Shown: in pieces, positions 53,262-64,000 of the stretch
Layout: every line of letters begins with the position of its first letter
Position numbering within the stretch: position 1 is the first letter of the stretch
Notes under the pieces: model-generated
What the model was told of the DNA's origin: nothing
Database searches by the model: none
The model's input: only the letters and a program-made list of their open reading frames with translations
Made by a program: the position numbers and the translations under genes
Assembly (NCBI RefSeq): GCF_006345805.1
Contig: NC_043000.1
Coordinates: 134,168,001 to 134,232,000 of the forward strand
Length of the DNA: 64,000 nt
Reading direction: 5' to 3'
Source: Octopus sinensis
Lineage: Eukaryota

Positions 53262-53760
53262 TCCATTTCAGTCATTTGACTGCAGCCATGCTTGAGCACC
53301 GCCTTTAGTCAAATTCAACTCCAGGACACCGACATCAGTTGTCAAGCGATGTGGGAAGGGTGGCCCACCAAACACGCACACACATATATATGGCAGGCTT
53401 CTTTCAGTTTCTATCTACCAGTTACCGATACTTGCCTAAAACTCATTACTTAATCATTAAAAAAATTATTATTATTACTGTAAGTTTGTGCTGGTGCCAC
53501 GTAAAAGCACCCAGTATACTCTGTGGTGTGGTTGGCATTAGAAAGGACATTTGGTCGTAGAAACCATGCAAAAGTAGACAATTGGGACATGGGTAGCTCC
53601 CCTGCTGGCCAGCTTCCATCAAGCGATCCAATCCATGTATTAGATTTGCCGGGGCTAGTTCATTATCCCAATCTAAGGCTATAGTAAAAGATACACAGTG
53701 AGACTGAACCCGGAACCATGTGGTTGGTAAGCAAGCTACTTGTCACGCAGCCACTCCTGC
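53262..53760 (-). mobile_element. SINE family B interrupted by a ~250-bp insertion
   Basis: The family B sequence stops at ...ctatctacca (~53420) and resumes at ...aaggctatagta (~53675). Confidence 0.75.
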
Positions 53761-54477
53761 AGTATTTTTTTAAAATTATTCAATTTACTGATGCTACAGA
53801 AGAGATGGGAAGGGAAACTAAGAAGGCTTCTGTGCAAACATGAAACCCCTTTCATGTCTGGGGTTTTTTTTGTTTTTTGTTTTTTCTTTCAGTTGATTAC
53901 TGAATATTTGACTAAAATTCAGCATTAATGTTAAAATAAACTTGGTGCAAATTAATATACTTTTAGAACTAAATATTAATGCAATATCTAAAGGAAATTA
54001 TTAATGTACTTTAATATATGAGGAACTGAATTTTCATACTAACAAAATAGTAGTTAGTACCTGGTTACTTATTTTGCAACATCAAAGAGAATTCACCAAC
54101 ATCTTTTAGGGTTTAGGCAATTAAAAATAAATAACTAAATAAACCCAAAACCATTTATGTTCTAAGGCAGTAGAATGGCTGTAAGCAGTTCCCAGGATCA
54201 GTGAGAAGTTGGATTAATGAAATGGCATTCCTGAGAAAGTTATTTTGTCAGTTAAAGTAATTGGTTTAGAGGAAAGCTTGTACAAAACTAAAATGGCTAG
54301 CAACATACACATCACACTGTAAGAGGGCTCAAAGACAGAAAAAGGAAGAGAGAGAAGGTAAAAGAGAAAGTAGGGAGGAATGAAAAGCAGAAGAGAAATA
54401 TAAGAGAAAAAAAGTGTGGGGGTAGTTAGTGTGTAGTATGATGGGGTAAAAAATGAAACCGACTCTTTGTGTGTCAC

Positions 54478-54596
54478 CTGTTTTATATGATATTCCCTTT
54501 TCAGTTTAGTAGCAGATGCAACCCTTAGTGAGAAATAGGCAGACAATTCCCAAACAAGTCAGGTAGGGAGGAAGGGAGACAGAGAAGAAGTTGGCC
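54478..54596 (-). other. Candidate non-coding exon at the edge of the distal CpG-rich domain
   Basis: Acceptor TTCTATATACAG|GGCC and donor AAACAG|GTGACA. Stops in all three frames. Confidence 0.25.
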
Positions 54597-54889
54597 CTGT
54601 ATATAGAATAATGCTGCTATTAAAGTAATAACGAGACAAACGAAGAATGCTTGTTACATGTGCATGCTTGCATGCGAGCACCTTTCTTGCTTGGCTTTTT
54701 CAATTGATTATTGAAATTCTGTTTAAAGAAAAAATACTGGAGTACCGCTAATTTTAGATGCACGGTTGATATTTACAGTAAAATAAATCCAATCAATGGT
54801 TAAACAGAATAGTTGAAAATAGTGATGTAAAGAAAAGGAAAGTTAGTCGCAAACTTTGTACCTTTATTTGTGAGTGTGTGTGTGTGTAG

Positions 54890-55097
54890 CTTATATATAG
54901 TTTAAATATATATGTAGTTTATGTTTATATATAGTATATTTATATACATATATTTATATATAATTTATTTATATATAGCATATATACATATATTTATATA
55001 TAGTATATATACATATATTTATATATAGTTTATTTATATGCTAAAACTTCCGCCCGTCCCTCCCCCAAATACCCCCCTTATATATTTATATATAGTT

Positions 55098-55145
<48 letters not shown>
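54890..55145. repeat. (TA)n-rich low-complexity tract. Other microsatellites: (CA/TG)n ~8030, 8290, 15890, 24745, 25768, 63045 and (TA)n ~39420, 46480, 46803, 56242
   Basis: Read directly from the sequence. Confidence 0.85.
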
Positions 55146-55147
<2 letters not shown>

Positions 55148-56238
55148 TTAATTACACCGAGTAAGACTTCTAAATGTAAGAAACCATTACTTCTTTAAAC
55201 CTGATCAGTACTTCCTAAAGTGAAGTCGTGTTAATTTCATTACCGAACACTTCGTGTCAACAAAATGGATTTGGCCAGTGCAAGCTGGGACTGTCTAGTA
55301 TTGACACACGCACACACAAAACATCACGGGAAATAGGTTAAGAGCACTTGTCAAAGGATCATGACAGCAATATTTACATGGGAATATTTGGATACGAATA
55401 TATATCATCATGTGTTACAAATGCGCTTTGGAAAGCAAGAATATCAGAGCTAAGAAATCCCTGGTAACTGTACATTTTGTGCCTTTGCAAAGAAAAAATT
55501 AATAGCAAAGTAATACGAAAAGTATGTAAAATTAGACATGAAACAAAAACTAGAAACTTAATGAACACTCAATATAAGAAACAAAAAGTATGTGTAAATT
55601 TATGTTTTGTGTGTAGAAAGAGCGTGTTAGAAAACTGGGAGTCTAAGAATTAAAATCTAGGCACCATTTTGCTGCATGCATTCTATGTAACAAGACTGTT
55701 TTTGCTTTTATGCTATCATTAGAACTTCCTCGATTCAGTTATATTTGTGGCTGAACATCAGCAAAGAATTCAAGATAAGAGGGCTAAGAGGATGATATGT
55801 GAAAGAGGAGAGAATGAAAAAAGGGATGCGTGCTCCCTTAAAGCATATCGAAACATCCTCCTTAAACATACAAAACAGAAAGAGAAAGGGAGAGAGAGAA
55901 ACGGGTAATTGATGTAGAGTAATTGATGTATGTCGTTAAAACTATGAAATAAAATCCAATTAGATAAAATCCAGTTATTAGATATAGCTTTACTCAACCC
56001 TTATATGTTGTGTATTTCTTTTGAAAATAGTTTCGTAAAAAAAAAAAACTGAATCCAATTAGAATAACTACTAAAATACTGGTACTAACGTAAGGTTACC
56101 AAAAGGTAATATATTATAAGTCCGAAGAGAGAGGCATGAAGCGAGATCGTAATGAGAACAGACGTAAACATTCTCAACACATGAGAAGAAAGATAAGTGA
56201 CATGCCACGCTATCACAAACAGGGCGTAAAGATATTGA

Positions 56239-56274
<36 letters not shown>

Positions 56275-57679
56275 GAAATCAATCATCGTTAATGTCGGGC
56301 TATTGCTAAATATCACCGACATTTATAATGTAGAATCGGGTACTGCTTGTAAATCAAGGGGTGAAATACGCTTATGAGACGATTTCTGGAGAAGAAGAAA
56401 AAAAATGTAACTCGGCAAATTTTTATAAAGGACTACTGATAATTCTTTCGAGGGTTTTTTTTTTTAATTAATATTTTTATCTATTTTCTTTCATCGAGCT
56501 TATAGAGATGACTACACGATAATTTAATTTAGATCTTCGGAAATGTGAGCCATCAATCTTAAATATTGTGAAATAATCTAGCAAGTAAAATAGATTTGAA
56601 AAAGAAAAAAAAAAGCAGTTATTTATTACTTGCTACAGAAATTTCATAGGAAAACATTAATTAACAGAGGAACTCTTTGTGTGTGTGTATGTTTCCGCTG
56701 TTACAGTTCCCCCCGAGCTACGACTACTAATCGTGAAAGAGAGAGAGAGAGAAGGCAACAATATAATCTATAGAAATATGACAGGCAGTAGTAAAAATAT
56801 ACAATATGTAGAAATCAGAAAAAAGTTTGTATTGTTACAATGAGTTTAATTAAAATGGTGAAAGAATAATTAAAATCAGTAGTTGTTGATTGAAGATGTA
56901 TACATACCTTTTGAAGAAGTGCTCGCTTCCATCCCAAGGAATAATAAAAAACAATCGTACGTAAAAACAACGAATGTGTGTATATAAATATATAGTATAT
57001 ATCCCGCGATAAATGTTTTAAAAAAATGAAATGAACACAAAAACAAACTAAATTGCGATTAATAATAGTTTTCCTTTGGTTTGTAAAATGTACCTAGTTT
57101 GTCTGTGGTGCCTGTGTGTATGAGGCTTGTCAAACAGAAGCGAAGCATGCATGATGTTAGGGTGGGTGTTTACAAGAGAGGTAATAAGGATTGGGATAAT
57201 GAACTAGCCCGGGCGAGTCTAATACAGAACAGATGCCCAGGGATGTTAGATGGCAGCAGGACAACCTCTGCTGTGCAGCATTTTACGAAAAATGCGTGCG
57301 TTTTTCTGTTCATGCGTTTACTTTCTTTTTCTTTTTTATAAAATGACTAATTTTGAGATGGAAAAATTATTTTAATAGGAAAAGAAAAAAACTCGACTCC
57401 TAAGTAAAATAAAATTCTATTAACTGCGATCGTCATTCAAGACATACTTTCTCCGACAGACAGTTTCAGTAATTTTAGATGCCTTAATATTTCCTTATTG
57501 TGCTCCGGTTTCGTTTCCCTAAGTATATATATTTCATTTCTCCAAAACATCTATGTATAATACTTTCATCCCATTTTCCGCTAAACCTTGGGTCTTTGAA
57601 CTTATTCTTAGAGATCACTGCTTAGGTTTAGGAAGTCGCTGTGATATAGCGAATTCTTGGAACCTCCACGTGGTCACTC

Positions 57680-57810
57680 GATTTCCTAGAAATAAGAGCC
57701 AAATTCCCCTAAAAGACACCCTACTGTCTTAAAAAAAAGGACAACTTGGATAATGTATATAAATCTACTCGACAAGAGCTGACCTGGGGCTATACTACAA
57801 CAAATCAACA
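57680..57810 (+). mobile_element. Dispersed repeat with (AAC)n-like tail (SINE/LINE 3' end, family D)
   Basis: ctagaaata..agccaaat...ggataatgta...gctgacctggggcta. Related copies at ~14300-14480(+), 37290-37490(-), 48490-48640(-), 62200-62360(-). Confidence 0.55.
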
Positions 57811-58263
57811 GAGGCATCTTACTTTGGATGTTTAGTTAGAATCTTTCACTTATTTTTGTAACTAAAGCCTGCACAAGCAAACATCACAATTACTTATCTC
57901 TCTACACCACCACGCCACCATCCGGCCTCAAAACAATTTGAGGTATTCTATCTATGTAAGAAACAAATGTTTATTCTGCTATTGTTGAATTTTCCTTCAT
58001 ACTAATTAATTTCATAGACTATAATCAACAAAATACGAGTGTGACAAGTCAAAAGCAATTAAGTGTTCGGATAAAAACACGTAAATATTACGGTCACTAC
58101 ACTGAACTTAGGCCGTTCTCAAAAGTACACAAGGTATTACGCCAGTGAAATTAGTGACGCGGGGGGGGGGGGGCTAGGTGGCGGAGGTAAAGAATACGTA
58201 CACCACCCGTTTTCAGCGTAACAAAAACCCTAACCACCTTTACTTTCGCCGCCTAGGTTTTTA

Positions 58264-58684
58264 GGCGATCTTTCGTCTCTAGTAGACCTTTCCGTCGATT
58301 TCCGTAAAAAGATTTTTTTTTTTTTACATATGGGCTTGCGGGAACTTTTGAAGTAATATACATACATACACATACACCGAGTAAAAAATTTCAGTTATCT
58401 CTTTCTTTCACACATTACTCTGTCTCTTCACACACACTAACAGAAGCACTTCACTTACACAACATACTGTCTGTCTCCCACACCCCATCAAACACACACA
58501 CACACACGTACATCAATGCTTCCCCCTGGACGGTAACTTCAAAAGAACTTCCCTCGTCATACAATCGCTTTCTCTTAGTCTCTTTCGCTCTCATTACTTC
58601 AAAAGTTCCCGCAAGCCCATATGTAAAAAAAAAAAAATTTTTACGGAAATCGACGGAAAGGTCTACTAGAGACGAAAGATTGCC
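58264..58684. mobile_element. MITE/foldback-like element with ~90-bp near-perfect TIRs
   Basis: 58268-58357 is the reverse complement of 58593-58680 except within the T/A run. ~235-bp CA-rich interior. No TSD recognised. Confidence 0.75.
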
Positions 58685-60532
58685 GGTTTTTAATACGAAA
58701 GGTATGAAGAACTACAGAAAACTTGAATACCATGGTGTCTTCGTAATCATTCCAATTAGTAAACCATACAAGAGGGAAAACAAAATATTTCTTACGCAGG
58801 CATAATGCCTATGATTTTAGAGGAAGAGAAAAAATGGGAATACTAAGCTTAATTTTCCCCAAAATATTAACGACATAAAGGGAATTGGCACAAAGTGGGT
58901 ATCGAATTCACGTCCCGGACTCAACTTGCTTAATAGCTTTATGTTTATCTCCCAGCATTCATTTTATTGCAGGAAAATCATTTATTTTCCCGCAATAATT
59001 ATATATAGATGTCAATGTCACTAGTTTGTGTTTGTATAAAGACTCATCTACGCCCCCGTGTCTCTCGAGCACTCGCGCGCATCATAATGTTGCCAATCCT
59101 AACGAACGTGATAAAATGACAAAAGAATGCTTATAAAAATTGATATTAAGAAAATTTCTAGACTATAATATAATAAGACAGAGATAGATAGATAGACAGA
59201 TAAATATTTCGTGAAAAGGATGGCTCACGATGTGGAACTGAAATCAACGTTGCATAGCAGCGTTCAACGATTAAGCAATATTGCTATAAAAAAATAATAA
59301 AATAAAATATCTAACACAGTTTTCCCTAAGTCACATTTCATTACCATTAAACATAAATATATGCAGACATAAAAATGCTTGTGTGTGTGATACAAATAGT
59401 AAATCCTTGAGGTTAATTATTCAGAGACCATTCTATGAAAATTAAGCTTAGAATTAACATATATAATGTAGTGAGCATGAAAATCTAATTAGAAATATTT
59501 AAATGAGGAAAAGACCTTAGCTCAGTGACTAATATTATTTTAATCATTTAAGCAAGCATGAGAAACAACCTAAGGGTATGTTTCACTCTTATTAGACCTC
59601 CTCAATGGAACCTATTTTAGCATAGCTCTGAAGCAGAGTTGAGAGAATCACTGAATATTACAAATACGTGTATGTATGTATGTAACAATCTAAGACAAAC
59701 CAATATGGAAATTCTATGGTCACTGGATCAGACAGATTATAACAGCCAAATTTCTTACAAATCACATTTTGCCCACATAAAGAGGAAGTATACATTAGGA
59801 AATGAAGTCATAGATATATAAAATAAGACAGTAATAGCTGGATTTTATAACACATCAGAAGTAAAGTCTTCTGTGAGTTCATTGGATCTGGGAGAAATTG
59901 CAGTTAAATTTTCCTCAAATCACATGACTCTTAAAAACAGAAGGGTACAGTGAATAATGTAACTCTAGAAATACTAATCTTGAAAAAGATACAGGTTGGT
60001 TTCAACCAGAACACCTTGGATCATATATCTGCTGAATCAAGACTGATCTATGGCTTAACAAAACTACTAAGGTTTATAGCCATGTCATCATTGCCTTTTA
60101 ACCATTTTATGTTATATTTTTGTTGAAACGGTCATCCATAAACAATCTTGTCTGGAGTTGTGCCTTGGAGGGTAACTTTCTAGGTGCAATCCCATGGTCA
60201 TTCATCCCCAAAGGGGGTCCTTAAAGGATGTACTTAAGTTGATTTAAATGATGGGATCATCCTCACAATTGAATGGCATTGTATCTATGTAAGGGATCAT
60301 CATTTAAGAGTAAGTACAGAGTAAGTACAGAAGCTTTTATTTCGGTTAGACTTGAACATAGTGAGAATTAAATTATTGTGTTTGGAACATATATGACCAA
60401 GAAATTTTGATGAGTGGTTTTAATGTAGATCCTTTTAAAACAGGAAGTTTTTATCAAATCATCACGGGCAGTCTCAGATGGGTTCATATCAAAAGTGGTA
60501 ACATCTGCTTTCCATCTTGGCATGGTCTGGAC

Positions 60533-60751
60533 CAGTGGTTTTCAGCCAGGGTTCCGCGGAACCTTAGGATTCCGCCAGTACAGTCCAGGGGTTCCGCAAG
60601 AAGTTACAAAACTGCTAAAATTGGCAGTAATTTTTAATTCTCCTGTGCAGATATGTGTGCATAAAACTATTAAATTATTGCACAGGGGTTCCTCGAGCCA
60701 GTGGAATGTTTCCTTGGGGTTCCGCTCCAGCAAAAAGTTTGAAAAGCACTG
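60533..60751. mobile_element. hAT-type MITE
   Basis: TIRs CAGTGGTTTTCA / TGAAAAGCACTG. Perfect 8-bp TSD GTCTGGAC at 60525-60532 and 60752-60759. Repeated subterminal GGTTCC(G) motifs. Confidence 0.85.
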
Positions 60752-60861
60752 GTCTGGACCATGTACATCTGGAAAGACATCTGGCTAAAGAAAGCTTGTC
60801 TCAACAAATTCCATGTGAGCATGGAAAATGGACATTAAAACAATGTTTATATACATATATA

Positions 60862-61225
60862 TATATGGGCAGGTTTGGTTGTGTGGATAAGAAGTTTGCT
60901 TCCCAACTTCATTGTTTTGGGTTCAGTCCCAACCTTGGGAAAGTGTCTTTTACTATAGCCCCAAGCCAACCAAAGCTTTCTGAGTGGATTTGGTAGACAG
61001 AAACTGAAAGAAACCTGTCGTGTGTGTGTGTGTGTGTCATTGCGTTTGTACTCTACCACTGTTTGACAACAGGTTGGTTTGTTTATGTCCCCATAACTTC
61101 GCAGTTCAACAAAATAAGTACCAGGCTTAGAAAAATTATTATCAGAGTTGATTTGTCTGATGAAACCCTTCGAGCCTTTGCTCCAGCATGTCTGCATTCT
61201 TATGACTGAAACAAGTAAAAGATAA
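60862..61225 (+). mobile_element. SINE family B
   Basis: gggttcagtccc...ggtagacagaaactgaaagaaacc...tgactgaaacaagtaaaag. Confidence 0.8.
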
Positions 61226-61294
61226 ACATTTGTGGACGTACACGTAAGTACACACAAGCATTATGAAAAGGACATTGATAATTACATATATTAA

Positions 61295-61825
61295 CATCAT
61301 CATCATCATCGTTTAACGTCCACTTTCCATGCTAGCATGCGTTGGACGATTTGGCTGAGGACTGGCGAACCAGATGGCTGCACCAGGTTTCAATCTTGAT
61401 CTGGCAGAATTTCTACAGCTGGATGCCCTTCCTAACGCCAACCACTCCGAGAGTGTAGTGGGTGCTTTTACATGCCACTGGCACGGGGCCAGTCAGGCGA
61501 TACTAGCAATGACCTCGCTCGAATCTTTTACACCTGCCACCAGCACAGGTGCCAGTAAGGCGATGCTGGTAACGAGCATGCTCGAATGGTGTCTTTTACA
61601 TGCCACCAGCACGGAGGCCAGATAGCTGCTCTGGCAACGATCATGCTCGGATGGTGCTCTTAATACCCTACAAGCACGGGGCTCGAGTGCCAGTAAGGCG
61701 ACACTGGTAACAATCACACTCGAATGGTGTCTTTTAAGTGCCACTGGCACGGAAGCCAGTTAGCCGCTCTGTCAATGATCACACTCGTATGGTACTCTTT
61801 GCACCCCGCTAGCACGGATGCCACT
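61295..61825 (-). mobile_element. RTE-type 3' end copy with expanded tandem subrepeat array
   Basis: catcatcatcatcgtttaacgtcc... followed by about 5-6 diverged units of the form tgccac..gcac..gccag..cactcgaatggtgtctttta. Confidence 0.8.
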
Positions 61826-62984
61826 CGTAAAAACATTTAATTCATAAAACACCCAAATATTCAAAAAACCAAGCAAGTAGAGCAGTTAATTGCAAAGGAA
61901 TGCAGGATAAAATGCTCAGTTATTGATATAAAATTATGACAATGTGAAAGACATCCGGTTTTAATTAAGTATTCAATTACATTTTTCATGTATTTCTATG
62001 TAATTAGTTTATATTCTAAGAATTTTCTTGGTATTAATTTGGGAAGTGCAAGACTGGCACTAACTTTACCAAACTTAAATTCCAACAAATCTTACTGCAA
62101 AATATTTTCAGCTAAGCCATTTATTTATTTATTTATTTTAAAGCAAAAGGCTTTAAATATGCTAATCTTAGACAAAATATCTTATATTTCTTTCCTGGTG
62201 TTATTGTAGTTTCGCCCTCAACCATGACTGAGCAGAAAAGCCTATAGCCAAAGACATACCAGCTGTGACCATCCTGCTTTTTTTTCTATGACAAAGCAGT
62301 GAGGTGTGATTTAAGGAAGATTTGACAGCTATTTCTAGCAGATCAAACGACCATCCAAAGGCTCCTTAATTTTCAGATGTGGCGATGGGAGATAGGGGTA
62401 GGAGTTCCTCTAACTTTATTTTATTGATTGAAAGATCTTTGATCATCAATTTTGAGGATCAAAAATGTCAAGGGTTAGATCATGATGTTAATTCAATTAG
62501 ACTAAAATATTTCAGAAACTGAAAAACAATAAATATTTCCTCAATAAATGTCATCTATTGAAGAAGTAAGGAGCAAGCATTTAATTAACAAGTACGATCA
62601 GAAGCCTGTTCTAACTACTCAACAGAGCTAAACAATATTTGTCAATTTAAAAAGAAAAACAAAAAATCAATAACAGTGAGTTTGAAGAAGAAGATAAAAT
62701 AAAATTATTTCACTTCTTATCAGTCAACAATTAAGCTTAAATGGAAAAGAAATTTTGTCCTAAGAAATGTCATCATCATCATCATTTTAACTTCTACTTT
62801 TTCATGCTTTCAGATTTATTGTGACAGATTTTCTACAGCTGGGTGCTCTACCCGTCACCAACCCTCACTTGTTTCCAGGTAGGTAGTTAGGGTAATATTT
62901 CCCCATGGCCAGATATGTTCTCACAGAATGCTGGAAATGAATGACACTGCTTGTATGACAGTGATATTCACAACTATCATGCGA

Positions 62985-63042
62985 TATCAAGACAAAGAGA
63001 CACAAGCACATACACACCCATACACACACAAATGCACACATG

Positions 63043-63079
<37 letters not shown>

Positions 63080-63240
63080 CAGGCTTCTTTCAGTTCCAAC
63101 TACCAAATCCTCACACACAAGAGTTTTGGTCTGTCCAGGGCTATAACAGAAGACACTTGTCCAAGATGCCATACAGTGGGACCAAACCAGGAACGGTGTG
63201 ATTGGGAAATAAACTTCTAACCACACAGCCAAGCCTGCAC
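62985..63240 (-). mobile_element. SINE family B (5' half) with (CA)n
   Basis: ggcttctttcagttcc...gggctataacagaagacacttg...cacacagcc. Confidence 0.7.
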
Positions 63241-64000
63241 CTGATAGCTATATCCATCTAATTATCATTATCCCACCACCACTACCACCACCACCATCAC
63301 TAGTTGTACTACTATTACTACACAGGTTGTTCAAAGTCACCTACGTACTCTTTGTAGATAAATTGAGACTAGAAAAAAAAAAAATCAATGCTCAAGCTGC
63401 AATGGAGTTAATAAGAATACTAGAATGTTCACATGGATAGAATTTTTAAAAAATGGTTTGAGGGCAAACATCAATGTATCTATTCTAATACGTAAAATTA
63501 CCCATCGCTAACCCTAGCCACCGTGTACATACAAAATAGACTTTCAGAAATGTTATCAAACTTCAGGAGCTCTATAACAACAAAGTAACCATGTTGGATG
63601 TGTAAATGTCAGTCTAAAAAGGATACTGAGTTGAGATGAGCTACAAAGGTATTTAGAAATAAAAAGCAAAAGGGGAAAAAGAAAAACAAAATTTTTTATT
63701 GTGTTTTGTTTTTAAGGTATTAATCACACCAGTATGTAGGTTTTTACTTAAGTATATAGTTCGTAACCAAATAGCTACCTGAATAAGTACTATTTATAAG
63801 GCAAGGAGATTAAAAGGGGGTTTGGAGAGAAAAGAAAATACGTACACACAGCATGAAGGGGAAAAAAAAATTTTTTTTTTTTTCTTGCTCACTAACAGAG
63901 CTTGAACATTTCCGTAGTAGATATTTAAGAAAAAAAATAAAAAGAGATTTAGACATAGATTTAATAATGAAACTAAAAGATCAACTAAGTGCACAACATT

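Larger units (their letters stand above)
54500..59300. promoter_or_regulatory. Second CpG-rich (probably unmethylated) domain, possible distal promoter
   Basis: CpGs visibly frequent and old SINEs scarce compared with 41-54 kb and 59.5-64 kb. Qualitative only. Confidence 0.4.

Noticed and set aside
56136-56270. Basic 44-aa plus-strand ORF MKRDRNENRRKHSQHMRRK...
   Set aside because: Short, ends in a (TA)n tract, no good donor. More simply the antisense of a pyrimidine-rich UTR-like sequence.
60407-60996. Cluster of 63-113 aa ORFs on both strands
   Set aside because: They arise from the GC-richer hAT MITE and adjacent SINE.

Overview
AT-rich, repeat-dense metazoan genomic DNA. The SINE, RTE and MITE families look like those I recall from Octopus genomes (inference, no search run). 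No prokaryotic operons, CRISPR arrays or structural RNA genes were seen. The only protein-coding signal I can support is two exons of an unidentified minus-strand gene. They are 18113-18188 and a Gln/His-rich exon at 4962-5234, joined in phase by a ~12.9 kb intron, and the gene continues past position 1. Two CpG-rich domains (~39.9-41.1 kb and ~54.5-59.3 kb) look like promoters. The first has two perfect CRE palindromes and back-to-back divergent splice donors. The rest is intronic or intergenic and filled with tRNA-head SINEs, RTE LINE remnants and 3' tails, CR1/L2 RT fragments, R4/Dong-type RLE fragments in (TAA)n tracts, piggyBac-type (TTAA) and hAT-type (8-bp TSD) MITEs, and mini/microsatellites. 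The standout structure is a 193-bp-arm, single-mismatch inverted duplication at 52625-53031, next to a templated local insertion. Almost all ORFs in the supplied track are by-products of repeats or low complexity. Repeat boundaries without a TSD are approximate.
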